From contig CAWIAD010000001.1 of the NCBI GenBank assembly GCA_963833985.1, positions 1,408,001-1,472,000 on the forward strand: a stretch of 64,000 nucleotides of DNA, given 5' to 3'. Under the pieces are notes generated by a model that made no database searches, was not told where the DNA came from, and saw nothing but the letters and a program-made list of their open reading frames with translations. The DNA is from an uncultured Planctomycetaceae bacterium (GTDB lineage: Bacteria; Planctomycetota; Planctomycetia; Isosphaerales; Isosphaeraceae). Position numbers and translations under genes: made by a program. This document shows positions 38,058 through 49,712 of this stretch, one piece after another (position 1 is the first letter of the stretch; each line of letters opens with the position of its first letter).

Positions 38058-39425
38058 ATGTCCCATCGCGACGCAGCCGAAAGCCGGGAGTCCGGCCGCA
38101 AGGAACGCCGGCAAGCCGGCTGGAACGCGGCTCATCCCATGCTCCGGGCCTTCGCACACCGCGATTTCCGGCTCTTCCTTGGCGGTCAACTGGTGTCGCT
38201 GATTGGCACCTGGATGCAATCGTTGGCCCAGTCCTGGCTCGTCTACCGGCTCAGCGGCTCGGCCCTCATGCTGGGCCTGGTCGGTTTTGCCGGTCAGATT
38301 CCGGTCTTCCTCCTGGCACCCCTTGGCGGCAGCCTTGCCGATACGCGCAGCAGGCACAGGATCATCCTGCTCACCCAGACCGCCTCGATGCTGCTGGCGT
38401 TCGTGCTGGCGGGGCTGACGCTCACCGAGCAGGTGCGGTACTGGCATGTGTTCGTTCTGGCGTCGCTGCTGGGAGTCGTGAACGCGGTGGACGTCCCGGC
38501 GCGGCAGGCATTCCTGGTGGAGCTTGTCGGCCGGGAAGACCTCATGAACGCCATCGCGCTCAACTCCTCGATGTTCAACGGGGCAAGGATCGCCGGCCCG
38601 GCGCTCGCGGGAGTCCTGGTCGCCGCCCTTGGCGAGGGCTGGTGCTTCTTGCTCAATGCCGTGAGCTACATCGCGGTGCTGGCCGGGTTGCTGATGATGA
38701 GCCCGAGGCCAGCCCCGCCCCTGGCCAGCGACGGAACGCCGCTGGACCGCATGTTCAAAGGTTTACAGTACTCGGCGCGGACGCCGCCGATCCGCGCGCT
38801 GCTGCTCCTGCTGGGACTGGTGAGCCTCGCCGGCATGCCCTACTCGGTGCTCATGCCCATCTTTGCCGACGAGGTCCTGCACACGGGTGCCTGGGGGCTG
38901 GGCGTGCTCACGGGTGCATCGGGTCTGGGAGCCCTTGCGGGTGCACTGCTGCTGGCGAGCCGGCGCAACGTGCGCGGGCTGGGATCGTGGATCGCGTGGG
39001 CAACAGCTGGGTCGGGAACTGCGCTTTGCTGCTTCGCGATCTCGCGGTCGTTCTGGTTGTCGGCCGTTCTTCTCGTGGCAATCGGTTTTGCGATGATCGT
39101 GCAGACGGCCGCTTCGAACACGCTCATCCAGGCGATGGTACCTGATGAGCTGCGCGGCCGGGTCATGGCAAGCTACTCCATGATGTTCATGGGCATGGCG
39201 CCCTTCGGTGCGCTGCTGGCTGGCGTCCTGGCCGGCCATCTCGGAGCGGCCATGGCGGTCGCGGTCGGGGGCGCCGTCTGCATCGCGGGTTCCCTGGCGT
39301 TCGCGGCGCGCTTGCCGGCGCTGCGCACCGCGGGCCAGGCCCTGCTCGTCACCCAGGAGATGGCCGCCGGCGTGCCCATGGGCGGTCCACCGCACGCAGC
39401 CGCGTCTGCGGCGTCCCGCAATTAG
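38058..39425 (+). CDS. MFS transporter
   Basis: RDFRLFLGGQLVSLIGTWMQ, GGSLADTRSR, LRGRV. Confidence 0.95.
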   Translation: MSHRDAAESRESGRKERRQAGWNAAHPMLRAFAHRDFRLFLGGQLVSLIGTWMQSLAQSWLVYRLSGSALMLGLVGFAGQIPVFLLAPLGGSLADTRSRHRIILLTQTASMLLAFVLAGLTLTEQVRYWHVFVLASLLGVVNAVDVPARQAFLVELVGREDLMNAIALNSSMFNGARIAGPALAGVLVAALGEGWCFLLNAVSYIAVLAGLLMMSPRPAPPLASDGTPLDRMFKGLQYSARTPPIRALLLLLGLVSLAGMPYSVLMPIFADEVLHTGAWGLGVLTGASGLGALAGALLLASRRNVRGLGSWIAWATAGSGTALCCFAISRSFWLSAVLLVAIGFAMIVQTAASNTLIQAMVPDELRGRVMASYSMMFMGMAPFGALLAGVLAGHLGAAMAVAVGGAVCIAGSLAFAARLPALRTAGQALLVTQEMAAGVPMGGPPHAAASAASRN

Positions 39426-39495
39426 CCCGGGCACTCGGTTTCAAGCCGCAGAGAAGGCACCGTCCGCGGGCTCGATGACAGTCCCGCGTACCCGC

Positions 39496-40470
39496 TCAAA
39501 CCGCCACGGGGTGTCCCAGGTTCTTGCCGATGTAGTGCTCCAGCTTGACGATGTCGGCAGCGAAGCGGCGAATGCCGTCGGCCAGCTTTTCCGTCGCCAT
39601 CGGGTCCTCGTTGAGCATCCAGCGGAAGGTCTTCTCGTCCATTTCCACCTCCGGGATGTCCTGCGCCTGGGCGGCCTGCACCGACAGCTTGCGCTCGAGC
39701 TTGCCCTCGGTTTTTTGCAGGTCCGCCAGCAGCTCCGGCGAGATGGTCAAAAGATCGCAGCCGGCCAGCTCGACGATCTGTCCGACGTTCCGGAAACTCG
39801 CGCCCATGACCTCGGTCTTGTAGCCGAACTTCTTGAAATAGCTGTAGATCTTCTGCACCGAGTGGACACCCGGGTCGTCGTGGGCGGGAATCTCCTTGAC
39901 GCCCTGCTCCTTGACGTACCAGTCGTAGATACGGCCCACGAACGGCGAGATGAGTGTCACCTTCGCGTGGGCGCATGCCACGGCCTGAGGAAAGCTGAAC
40001 AGGAGAGTCAGGTTGCAGTGGATTCCCTCCTGCTCCAGCCGCTCCGCGGCGCAGATGCCCTCCCAGGTGGAAGCGATCTTGATGAGGATCCGTTGCCGGT
40101 CGATCCCATCGTTTTCGTACAGCTCGATGAGCCGCCGAGCCTTGGCCATCGTCGCTTCGGTATCGAACGAAAGCCGTGCGTCGACCTCTGTGGAGACGCG
40201 GCCGGGAATGATCTTGAGGATCTCCCTGCCGAAACCGACCGCGAGCATATCGGAACAGGCGTGGATCTGGGTTTCGGGATCATCCCCCACGGACTGCGCA
40301 TGGGCGATCGCCTCGTCCAGTATCGATCGATACTGGGACATCTGCGCGGCCTTCAGCAGAAGCGACGGGTTGGTGGTCGAGTCACGCGGCTTGTACTGGG
40401 CGATCGATTCGATGTCGCCCGTGTCGGCCACGACTACCGTCATCGAGCGCAACTGGTCGAGCAAGTTCAT
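39496..40470 (-). CDS. tal: Transaldolase
   Basis: [46 protein letters not shown]. Confidence 0.98.
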   Translation of the reverse strand: MNLLDQLRSMTVVVADTGDIESIAQYKPRDSTTNPSLLLKAAQMSQYRSILDEAIAHAQSVGDDPETQIHACSDMLAVGFGREILKIIPGRVSTEVDARLSFDTEATMAKARRLIELYENDGIDRQRILIKIASTWEGICAAERLEQEGIHCNLTLLFSFPQAVACAHAKVTLISPFVGRIYDWYVKEQGVKEIPAHDDPGVHSVQKIYSYFKKFGYKTEVMGASFRNVGQIVELAGCDLLTISPELLADLQKTEGKLERKLSVQAAQAQDIPEVEMDEKTFRWMLNEDPMATEKLADGIRRFAADIVKLEHYIGKNLGHPVAV

Positions 40471-40749
40471 CAAGAGCTCCTTCGTGTTGCAGATCGCCAC
40501 CAGAACCGTGATCTCGTACGCCGGCTGGCCCAGACCTCGAACCGAGCGGCGCGAGGCCTCTTTGAGATTTATTCTAGCAACCTCCGGACCAATGCCGCCA
40601 CCGGCGAGGGTGACGGCAGCCGCAACGCCTGCGGCGGAATTGGAACGGCAGCACGGCAAGGGCCGGCCTCGTGGTATCATGGTCGGGGTTTCGCTCACCC
40701 GGGCGACACGATGGACCGAAAACACCAGGCAGCCTGATCGGAGGCGGGA

Positions 40750-41604
40750 ATGGCGGAGCGACCGTTCGGCAGAGGCGCCTCGACTCTGGCTACGATTCGC
40801 GGCTTCGCGTTTGACCTCGACGGCACGATCTGGGCGGGACCGACCTTGCTTCCGGGTGCCGTCGAGCTGGTCTCTCACCTCCGCGAAGCGGGGCTTGGCG
40901 TGGTCTTTGCCTCGAACTCGTCACGGCACGGCGCCACGCTGCTGGCCCAGCGGTTGACGGCGCTGGGGATCGCGGCCGGTGATCGCGACGTGGTGACGGC
41001 CTTCGACCTGGTGGGCGACGAAATTCTCCGCCGCCTGGGGCGAGTGCGCGTCATGCCCCTGGGCACCAGCGACCTGACCGAACTGCTGGAAGCGGCCGGG
41101 CACCAGGTCGTGGCGTTCGAGGATTGGTCAAGCGCCCAGGCGGTTGTTGTGGGCAATGACCCGCACTTCGATTTCGGCCGGCTGCGCGCGGCATCACGCG
41201 CCGTGGCCTCGGGAGCTGCGTTCTTCGCCGTGAACATGGATGCGCGGTTCCCGGTGGCTGACGGGCAGTTTGATCCCGGCTGCGGTGCCCTGGCCGAGGC
41301 AGTGGCCGTGGCCTCCGGCGTGCAACCCATCTCGATTGGCAAGCCAAACCGTCCCCTGTTTAACGTGACTATCTCGCGACTGGGCCACTCGGCCGCGGAA
41401 TCCGCCATGGTCGGCGATAACCTGCCCTCGGACATTGCCGGGGGCCGAGCCGCGGGCATGCTGACTGTCTGGCTGGATGCGAGAAATCACCAGCCCTTGC
41501 CCGCGGAGGTCGACCTGAGGGTCGCCAACCTGAGCGAACTGCATGAGCTCTGGTTGAAACAGCGCGCCGGCACATCCGGCCGATCCGCTTCCTCTTCGAT
41601 TTGA
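40750..41604 (+). CDS. HAD-IIA (NagD-like) hydrolase
   Basis: [24 protein letters not shown]. Confidence 0.93.
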   Translation: MAERPFGRGASTLATIRGFAFDLDGTIWAGPTLLPGAVELVSHLREAGLGVVFASNSSRHGATLLAQRLTALGIAAGDRDVVTAFDLVGDEILRRLGRVRVMPLGTSDLTELLEAAGHQVVAFEDWSSAQAVVVGNDPHFDFGRLRAASRAVASGAAFFAVNMDARFPVADGQFDPGCGALAEAVAVASGVQPISIGKPNRPLFNVTISRLGHSAAESAMVGDNLPSDIAGGRAAGMLTVWLDARNHQPLPAEVDLRVANLSELHELWLKQRAGTSGRSASSSI

Positions 41605-41813
41605 AAGCGGCTCTCGCCGCGAAGGTTTCGAGGGCCGTCGGCCAGAGGTCATTCGCTCGAGGTCGAACTCGTCTCCAGCCCGCGTTACGCGTCACCCCGG
41701 GTTCTGGCGGACAGCACTCTTGCCGCCTATGATCTAGAGAGGCACATCCATTCCGCCGAGACGAGGCTCGCGGAGATCGGTAGGGCCGTTTCCGCGAAGG
41801 GAGTCGTCGCGCC

Positions 41814-42458
41814 ATGCGGATCATCGCGGGTCAGCGACGGGGACACAAGATTGATGGACCGCGAGCAAGCCTCGAGATGCGGCCGACGAGCGACCTGGTC
41901 CGCGAGTCTCTCTTCAACATGGTTGGCGGCCTGATGCCGGGCCTGCTGGTGGTCGACCTGTTCGCGGGCACCGGCGCCGTGGGGCTGGAGGCCCTCAGCC
42001 GCGGCGCGGCGCGGGCCATCTTCATTGACCGGAACCGCGAAGCCGCGAGCCTGATCCACCGTAACATCGGCATCCTTCGTTATCAGGATCGGGCGCAGGT
42101 GCGGCTGGCCGATGCCTACCGCTGGGCGAGGAGCTTCAGGCCGCCTGATCCCGGGCCGATGGCCGTCTTTCTCGATCCGCCCTACCGCGAGTTCGAGATC
42201 CGCCGACGCCCTCTTGGCCAGTTGATCCGGACACTCACCGAGCAGCTTCCCGCGAGTTCGCTCATCGCGCTGGAGGCGGGCCGCATCCTGGACGAGGAGA
42301 TCTTGCCCGAGTTCGAGAGGTGGGATATCCGCCGCTACGGCGACACCCAGATTGCGATCCTCGTTCTCGCAGGGACACCGGCGATCGCGGCGAGTGAGCC
42401 GGCGTCCGGCGGCGATGCGGAGCCAGCGGCCGACCCGGAGGCGAAGCCCGATGTCTGA
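41814..42458 (+). CDS. rsmD: RsmD family 16S rRNA methyltransferase
   Basis: MRIIAG, RPT...VRESLFN, DLFAGTGAVGLEALSRGA, DPPY. Confidence 0.93.
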   Translation: MRIIAGQRRGHKIDGPRASLEMRPTSDLVRESLFNMVGGLMPGLLVVDLFAGTGAVGLEALSRGAARAIFIDRNREAASLIHRNIGILRYQDRAQVRLADAYRWARSFRPPDPGPMAVFLDPPYREFEIRRRPLGQLIRTLTEQLPASSLIALEAGRILDEEILPEFERWDIRRYGDTQIAILVLAGTPAIAASEPASGGDAEPAADPEAKPDV

Positions 42459-43899
42459 GATCAGGGCCAGCCGCGACTTTGCGCTGGAGGTCGTCCGGCG
42501 ATTGCGCTGGCCGGGTTCCAGGCGCTCTGGGCGGGAGGTTGCGTGCGCGACCTGCTGCTGGGGCTGTCGCCCGCCGATTACGATGTCGCCACCAGCGCCA
42601 CGCCTGAACAGGTGATGGAAGTCTTGCCGTACCGCTCCGTGACGGTGGGTATCTCGTTCGGAGTGGTGCGTCTCCGGCATCCGCGACATCCGGGAATGGA
42701 GGTGGAAGTCGCCACGTTCCGCAGCGACAATGCCTACATTGACGGCCGCCGGCCGGCCTCGGTGGTTTTCAGCTCTCCCGAAGGCGACGCAGCCCGGCGC
42801 GATTTCACCGTCAACGGCATGTTCATGGATCCCGAGACCGGCAGGGTGATCGACCATGTTGGGGGCCAGACCGACCTGCGGAATCGCATCCTGCGCACCA
42901 TTGGCAACCCCGAGGAGCGATTTCGCGAAGACAAGCTGCGGCTGCTGCGCACCGTGCGATTCGCCGCGCGATTCCACCTGACCGTTGATCCGGCCACGCG
43001 CGAGGCGCTCCGATCCATGGCGGGCGAAGTGGTTGTGGTCTCTCCCGAACGGATCGCCCAGGAGCTGCGGCGGATGCTCGTGCATGAGACCCGGGCGGAT
43101 GCCATGAACATGGCCCTGGATCTTGGCCTCCTTACGGCCATCATGCCCTCCGTCGCACGGATGCGCGGGCTCTACCAGGGGAAACCGGTGCAGCCGGAAG
43201 GAGACCTCTGGGACCACACCATCCTGGTGCTCCGCCTCCTTCCTCAGCGGCCAAGCTTCACTCTGGCATTCGCCGCCCTGGTGCACGACGTGGGCAAGCC
43301 GTCCACTCGATCGAATCATCACGGTCGGACGTGCTTCCATGGACACGACCTGGAAGGCAGCCGGATCGCCGAGCGGCTGTGCAGGAGCCTCCGGCTTTCC
43401 AATCTCGAGCGCGAGCGGATCACCTGGCTGGTCGCGTACCATCAATATCTGGGAGAGGCGAAGAAACTACGTGAGGCGAAGCTCAAGAGGATCCTCGCCG
43501 AGCCCGGAATCGACGAGTTGCTGGCCTTGCACCGGGCCGATGCTCTGGCCTCCACGGGCGATACGGAGCACATCGATTATTGCCTCTATTATCTTCAGAA
43601 TCAGCCGGCGGGGCCGATCAACCCTCCGGCCCTGCTGAGCGGTCACGACCTTGTCCGCCATGGCCTGGCGCCTGGTGCCCGGTTCGCCGAGATCCTCGAG
43701 ACCATCCGGGAAGCACAGCTCGAAGAGGAAACTTCAGAGCAAGCGCGAAGCGCTGGAATGGGTCGATCACTTCACCGCAACGGGTACCTGGCCGGAGCTT
43801 GCCAGCGAAAGTACCGAGATCGACCAGGAAGATCGGCGGCGGCAGGCCATCGACTCGACCGGCGATCTGTCATTCCCCGCGGACAGCGCAAGCGGTTGA
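42451..43899 (+). CDS. cca: CCA tRNA nucleotidyltransferase with HD domain, frameshifts near 42510 and 43730
   Basis: GGCVRD...DYDVAT, EVATFR, DAARRDFTVN, EDKLRLLR, HDVGK; N- and C-termini lie in other frames. Confidence 0.9.
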
Positions 43900-43989
43900 T
43901 GCCGGGGTGACGCCCGCCTACAATTCCACTCCAAGTGCGTCCCCGCGGCCCTTGCCTCAAGAAACCACGAGCGAGTTGCTCCACACGAA

Positions 43990-44721
43990 ATGGGAACTGA
44001 TCACCAGACCGCAGTGGCCGTGCTCATCAGCGGCGGGCTCGATAGTGCGGTCCTTGCCGTGGACCTGCTGGGCAATCACGACCGCGTGTTCCCGCTGTAT
44101 ATCCGCGGCGGTCTGCAATGGGAGGAGATCGAGCTGGCAGCAGCCCGCGCCTTCCTCGCTGCCGTGCCGGCGCCGGGGCTTGAGCCGCTGACCATCCTTG
44201 AAGAACCTCTTGCGGACGTCTACGGCCCGCACTGGAGCACGGGGGCCGCTTCAGTTCCGGATGCCGACACGCCCGACGACGCGGTCTACTTGCCGGGTCG
44301 CAACCTGCTCCTCACCGTCAAGGCGGCGGTCTGGTGCCGGCTTCGCGGGGTCGGCGAGCTCGCGCTCGGCTGCCTGGGATCGAACCCTTTTCCGGACAGC
44401 ACTCCCGCATTCTTTCGCGATCTGGAATCGGTGCTCAGCCAGGCGATGCGCGGCGCACCCCGGCTGACACGGCCCTTCGATCGACTGCACAAGCGCGATG
44501 TCGTGCTCAGGGGGAGGCACCTTCCCCTGCACCTGACCTTCTCCTGCATCAATCCGAAGGGCCTCATGCACTGCGGCACCTGCAACAAGTGTGCTGAGCG
44601 GCAGCAAGGTTTCCGGGATGCGGGCGTGCCCGACCCGACGCGTTACGCCGGCCTGGTGGAGGCCGCAAAGCCAGTCCTGAGCGGCCTTGCCTCCCTTTCC
44701 CGATCTCAAGGAATCGCTTGA
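43990..44721 (+). CDS. queC: 7-cyano-7-deazaguanine synthase
   Basis: SGGLDS, YLPGRN, FPD, SC...HCGTCNKC. Confidence 0.92.
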   Translation: MGTDHQTAVAVLISGGLDSAVLAVDLLGNHDRVFPLYIRGGLQWEEIELAAARAFLAAVPAPGLEPLTILEEPLADVYGPHWSTGAASVPDADTPDDAVYLPGRNLLLTVKAAVWCRLRGVGELALGCLGSNPFPDSTPAFFRDLESVLSQAMRGAPRLTRPFDRLHKRDVVLRGRHLPLHLTFSCINPKGLMHCGTCNKCAERQQGFRDAGVPDPTRYAGLVEAAKPVLSGLASLSRSQGIA

Positions 44722-44723
44722 CG

Positions 44724-45128
44724 ATGTATCGAGTGACGCGAGAGATCAGCTTTTGCTACGGGCATCGCCTGCTGAACTACGACGGCAAGTGCCGCCACCT
44801 GCACGGCCACAACGGCCGGGCCCTGATCACCTTGCAGGGCAAGCAGCTTGACCGGCAGGGCATGCTCGTGGACTTTCAGGACATCAAGCTACGGGTCCAG
44901 CACTGGATCGACGAGCAACTCGATCACAACATGCTGCTCTGCCGTGACGATCCGCTGCTGCCGCTGTTGCGCGAGCGCGGCGAACGCGTCTTCGTGATGG
45001 ACTCGAACCCGACCGCTGAGAACATTGCGCGGCTGATCTTCGAGAAAGCGCGCGAGGCAGGGTTGCCGGTCATCGAGGTCGTTCTCTGGGAAACCGAGAA
45101 CTGCTTTGCCACGTACGCCGCGGAATGA
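44724..45128 (+). CDS. queD: 6-carboxytetrahydropterin synthase
   Basis: GHRL...KCRHLHGH, LDH, NPTAENIA, WET. Confidence 0.95.
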   Translation: MYRVTREISFCYGHRLLNYDGKCRHLHGHNGRALITLQGKQLDRQGMLVDFQDIKLRVQHWIDEQLDHNMLLCRDDPLLPLLRERGERVFVMDSNPTAENIARLIFEKAREAGLPVIEVVLWETENCFATYAAE

Positions 45129-45231
45129 CGCTTGTCGTCAACCCGATACGCCCCTGCCGCGAGAACGTGGGGCCCTTGCCCGCCCCGTAGCGATGAACGG
45201 CTTCGACCCGGCTGCCGCGCAGCCGCTCAAT

Positions 45232-46044
45232 TCAATGGGCGTGGCCGTGGCCGTCGTCGACCGGCTTCTCCGGCAGGGCCAGCGATGCCGGCTTGTAGGG
45301 GTAACGGACCTCGTCGACCCACCAGTCGTAGCCCTTTCCGCCCTCGGTCGATCCCTTGAGCACCGCGAGAGCGTAGTTGCCCGGGTCCGGCCCTTCGGCG
45401 GGAGCCGGCGCGTGGACCTCGAAGAGTGCCAGGGCCACGAGGTTCATTCCCTCGGTCCCCTCGCGCTCCAGCCCGATGAAGTGGAGCTCGCTCTCCTTGG
45501 AGGCATCAAGCCGCTTCTTCAGGCTGCGGACGGGACCCGTCCTCATCTCGTAGACCATCGCTTCCTTCTTCTTCGTGGATTGCATCTTCTCAATCACTTC
45601 CGCGGGAGAGACGTTCTTGCGCTGGACGGGAGGGATCTCCAGCCACAGGATATCCGCCAGCGACCTGTTCTTGACGACATCCGCGTAATATCTGGCGAAG
45701 CTCGCGGCGCTGCGGGAGTGGATCATCCCCCGAACGTACGTGACGGTGAAGATGCCCAGCCCGAAGACGAGGCCGAGCGCCACGCCGGCCTGGGCGAGGC
45801 TACGGCCCGTGAGAATGTCGGAGTAGTGCTGGATGCTTCGGTCGGCCCAGAGTCCGAGCACCACAGCGAGGATCGCGCAGAGGTAAAAATAAGGACTGGC
45901 AATGCTGAAGAGACCGAGCACCCCGAAAACCAGGCTGAAGACCGCAAGAGAACTGACGGCCCGATAGCTCGGCAACTCGTTCTCGATCACGGAGTTCTGG
46001 GTCGTTTCCGGAAGCAGGTCGCTTGACTTCTGATCGGTCGCCAC
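45232..46044 (-). CDS. DUF4190-like membrane protein
   Basis: YRAVSSLAVFSLVFG...TGRSLAQAG; RBS GGGAGG before GTG 46044. Confidence 0.75.
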   Translation of the reverse strand: MATDQKSSDLLPETTQNSVIENELPSYRAVSSLAVFSLVFGVLGLFSIASPYFYLCAILAVVLGLWADRSIQHYSDILTGRSLAQAGVALGLVFGLGIFTVTYVRGMIHSRSAASFARYYADVVKNRSLADILWLEIPPVQRKNVSPAEVIEKMQSTKKKEAMVYEMRTGPVRSLKKRLDASKESELHFIGLEREGTEGMNLVALALFEVHAPAPAEGPDPGNYALAVLKGSTEGGKGYDWWVDEVRYPYKPASLALPEKPVDDGHGHAH

Positions 46045-46176
46045 GAGTCGAATCCTCCCGGGGCCCTGGCAGTTCGGGGTGAAATCAGTATCAAGGGGTG
46101 TGCACGCAGCACTCCGGTTCCAGGGTGCGCCCGCATAGCTACTAACGCTAATCGGTGAGGTTTGAGCCGTCAAGGA

Positions 46177-46701
46177 TCAGCGAAGAACCAGCGCCGAGAG
46201 CCGGGCCGGCGGCGCGAGGAACCAGGACCCGGCCGCCAGTGCCACCCAGGAGAATCCGAGCGCCCATCCCATGACGTTTGTCCAGGACCAGTCCCGGCTC
46301 GCCAGGCCGCATCTCCAGCCGGCGAGCAAGACGGCCAGGACCGCCAGGCCCATTGTCCGGTCGCCCAGGGGGGTTGCCCAGTTGATTCCACGGGCAGGGC
46401 CCTGGAGCACGGCCGAAAGATCAAAGAGCCAGATGAGCAGTCCCCCCGTGAGCCAGGTGAGCTCTCCCAGGCTGCCGCTCTTGCCGCCTGATCGAGCCAG
46501 CACCAGGGGCCCGGCCATGCCCAGGCAACCCACCAGCGTCGAAAGGCTGGACAGAAGAGCCAGAGGCGGCCATGTGAGCCGCCCTTTCTGAAAGAGCACC
46601 AGCAGGCCCCAGCCCAGTGCCGCGATGAGCAAGACCGCGTTGGTCAAGGCGTGGTCAGGGGTGCCGGCCGCACCGGCGCTGCTGGATCGATTGGTACCCA
46701 T
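46177..46701 (-). CDS. Hypothetical membrane protein
   Basis: About five hydrophobic segments; start uncertain. Confidence 0.65.
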   Translation of the reverse strand: MGTNRSSSAGAAGTPDHALTNAVLLIAALGWGLLVLFQKGRLTWPPLALLSSLSTLVGCLGMAGPLVLARSGGKSGSLGELTWLTGGLLIWLFDLSAVLQGPARGINWATPLGDRTMGLAVLAVLLAGWRCGLASRDWSWTNVMGWALGFSWVALAAGSWFLAPPARLSALVLR

Positions 46702-46877
46702 GGATTCGTGCCGACCGTGCCAGAGTGGGAAGGAAGAACGGTGCCGGGACCGTGGCGACTTCTGGATGGCACGCGCGCGGTCCCGGCATCTTCTTCGGCT
46801 GGCGGCACGGCCCTGCTTGAGAGTCAGCGGCTGCCGGAGCGTGGCGGGGTCCAGGTGGGGACGTGGCCGGCCGACTC

Positions 46878-48380
46878 TCAGTGCACGAGGCTGGTCAGAC
46901 GCGCCGGCGAAGGGGTTGCGCACGCATCGGCGAGTGCTTCGGTGAACGCGGCCTCGGAAACCAGGGGGGTCTCGGCGGTCGTGTCGAGCTCCACGTCGGC
47001 GATGACAGGGTCGATGACCACCAGCTCACCCTCGTGTAGGCCAGCGCTGATCTCCAGCAGGTCGCGTGTCCCCTCACCGAGCTGGACCTCCCGGCGCTCC
47101 AGGCCCGCGGCATGTGCGACGTAACAGACCTCGTGCCCCTCGAACTCGGTCACCGACTGGGCAGGCACCGTGAGCACATCGTCGCGGCGATTCAGCGAGA
47201 TTTCCACCTGGGCGGTCATGCCCGGCAAGATCCCCCTGGGCGGATTGTCCAGCTTGACCTTGCCGTCAAAGTAGCGGACATCGGAGCGCCAGTTATAGGT
47301 CGGAAGTGTCGCGATGTCGCTCACGTGCCCCTCGAGCCGGCGCTCGGGCATTCCCTCCACCACGACACGGGCGCGCATGCCTTTGGCGATGTCCGGCAAG
47401 ATCGATTCGTGCAGGTTGGTCACGACCTCCATATCCGACAGGTCCGGCAAGTACATCAGGTCTTGCTTCTGGCGCACGTACATGCCTTCCTCGATGCGGA
47501 TCTCGCGGCGCTGATCGTTGGCGTAGATCACGAAGCCATCGTGTGGTGCCCGGATCGTGCACCGCTGGACCTGCTTTTCCAGCTTGGCCAGGCGCTCCAG
47601 GTTGCGGCTTAACCTGCTGGTCTGGTAGCGCAAGGTTGCCTCGGCAGCCAGGGTGGCGTTCCCGAGTGTGCGCAAGGAATGCGGTGCAATCCATTTGCGG
47701 AAGAGGCCGAAAGCGGCGCGCTCCTCCTCGAGGTTGAACTGGGCCTGCGCGTAGTTGAACTCTTCATTACGTACCTGGCCGGTCGCTATGTAACCCTTCA
47801 CCTTCATGCGCCGCGCCGATTCCAGCCGGTCGCGGATGCGCGTCAGGTCCGATTCGGCAAGCGCCACGCTGCGCTCGAAGTCCTTGGTCGCCTCGGTCAT
47901 GGAGCCGTCGCGATATTCGATGACGGCGAGCTTGGTGATTTCGTAATCGAGCGTGGCCTGGCGATGATCGGCGCGCGACCGCTCCACCGTCATCTGCTGT
48001 TGCCTCAGCAGTTCCTCGTATTCGGACGAATCCAGCACGGCAAGCACATCGCCACGATGGACCAGCGAACCCTCCGGGACGATGCTCAGGAGCACCGAGG
48101 CGCCGCCGGCCCAGAGCCGCTGGCCCAGCACGCCAATGGTCATCGCCTCGATCTCGCATTCGATCACGGTCCGCTTCGAACTCTCGACCCGGCCGCTCGC
48201 CGTGAGCGAAGGATGCAGATCGATACGGCGAACGCTGGCCAGGGCGTACCTTTCGGACGGAGGCCGCACCGAGCGATGGGCGGTGGTTCCGTAGGCCAGG
48301 GCCACCGTGGCTCCCGCGGCAACGATGACGGCCAGGAAAGGCACCCATCGAGACAGCCACAAATTCCTTTGCGGGCTCAT
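46878..48380 (-). CDS. Efflux periplasmic adaptor subunit (HlyD/MFP)
   Basis: PEGSLVHRGDVLAVLD, IRAPHDG, LPGMTA, GLHEGE. Confidence 0.92.
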   Translation of the reverse strand: MSPQRNLWLSRWVPFLAVIVAAGATVALAYGTTAHRSVRPPSERYALASVRRIDLHPSLTASGRVESSKRTVIECEIEAMTIGVLGQRLWAGGASVLLSIVPEGSLVHRGDVLAVLDSSEYEELLRQQQMTVERSRADHRQATLDYEITKLAVIEYRDGSMTEATKDFERSVALAESDLTRIRDRLESARRMKVKGYIATGQVRNEEFNYAQAQFNLEEERAAFGLFRKWIAPHSLRTLGNATLAAEATLRYQTSRLSRNLERLAKLEKQVQRCTIRAPHDGFVIYANDQRREIRIEEGMYVRQKQDLMYLPDLSDMEVVTNLHESILPDIAKGMRARVVVEGMPERRLEGHVSDIATLPTYNWRSDVRYFDGKVKLDNPPRGILPGMTAQVEISLNRRDDVLTVPAQSVTEFEGHEVCYVAHAAGLERREVQLGEGTRDLLEISAGLHEGELVVIDPVIADVELDTTAETPLVSEAAFTEALADACATPSPARLTSLVH

Positions 48381-49325
48381 CGAAAGGACTCCTCGGTTGC
48401 TTCAGGCTACGAGCCAGTTCTCCGGCCCGGATTGCCCGTGATCCTCGGCAAGTCGCACAGCGACCACGCGGCGAACCTTCATGTCGGCTCACGCAGGCCC
48501 GGTAGGCTGCCTTACGTGAACCCGGTCAGGCGGGATCATGCCGATGAATACGATGGCGGCCGCAAGGCCGGAACTCCATCGTCTCGTTCCCCCGGCATGA
48601 TAGTAGACTGCTCACGCGGATTTCTTGACCTCTGGAAAAAGATCTATCCAAGTATACGGCAGTTCTCCAGGAACAATCCAGAATACAGAGATTGTAAAAC
48701 AAAAATCCCACATTGCCAACCCCTATGTCGCGCCGTTTCGTTGCAGCAGTGTTGCAACCCCTACCGCGGCGACCGATCACGCCCCGCGGGCCGAGCCCCA
48801 TCTCGGGCCAGCCGGGGGGCGGCGGTCGCTTCCCGGCTCCCGCAGTCGAATAATGCTTTCATACTATAAATAAATGTAAATTCTTCGATTATGAATTCAG
48901 GCGACCCGAGGTCGCGGCGGTGCGGCGCGCTGGAGAACCAGGACCCCGATGTACGGCTCGGGGAAAAAACTCTGCCAATCCTCCGCGGCTGCTGGTGGCC
49001 AGCGCGCTGGCTGCCGGTTGCGCGGGACGAATGTCGTCTTCGCGCCCAGGCTGCCGGGTCGTTCCAGAACCTTCCCGCTCAGCGGGTCCTGCGCGGCGCA
49101 TCGGTGCGATGGTCCACGCCTGTTTCGCAGGTTGGGGACTGGTGTTTCCGTCGCCGGCCGGTGTAGGCTGAATGGGGAGTGATCCATGAGACTGCGGCGC
49201 CCGGCGCCCTGGCACCTCGGACCCGGAATCGTTCGGATTGACGGATCTGGAAAGAGGCTCTAGGATTCGACATTCCGTCCCTGGCCCGAGCAAGGCGTCG
49301 CCGAGGATCAGAAGGGTGGCGAGAA

Positions 49326-49712
49326 ATGGCCGGTGGTCTGAAGCACGACGAGCTCGAGTTCTTTCGCCTGGCTCTTGCGACCCTGCGGGCCAGGCTCCGC
49401 GGCGACCTGGACCAGATGACCGATGAGGCGCTCCGCCGCAACCTGGTCAACGGTTCCGGCAACCTGTCCAACGTGCCCCTGCACATGGCCGATATCGGCA
49501 CGGAGAATTACGACCAGGAGTTCACGCTGGGGTTGATCGAGAACGAGCAGGGAACCCTGGAGCAGGTCAACGAGGCGCTCGGGCGTCTGGAAGTGGGAAA
49601 GTTTGGACTGTGCGTGGAGTGTGGGGAAGCCATCGCGCGTCCCCGGCTGCAAGCCATTCCTTACACGCGGCATTGCATCGCTTGTGCCCGGGTGGTGGAG
49701 AACGGCGGATGA
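49326..49712 (+). CDS. TraR/DksA family zinc-finger protein
   Basis: HMADIGTE, FGLCVECGEAIARPRLQAIPYTRHCIAC. Confidence 0.93.
   Translation: MAGGLKHDELEFFRLALATLRARLRGDLDQMTDEALRRNLVNGSGNLSNVPLHMADIGTENYDQEFTLGLIENEQGTLEQVNEALGRLEVGKFGLCVECGEAIARPRLQAIPYTRHCIACARVVENGG

Noticed and set aside
41727..43445. Long antisense ORFs (also 5706..7025, 24240..25853, 39208..40737, 47679..48869)
   Set aside because: These are shadow frames of recognised genes in high-GC DNA and carry no motifs.
43990..45128. queC/queD as a deazaguanine DNA-modification or QatC-type defence system
   Set aside because: They have ordinary lengths and sit in a housekeeping context after rsmD and cca, with no dpd or qat partner genes.
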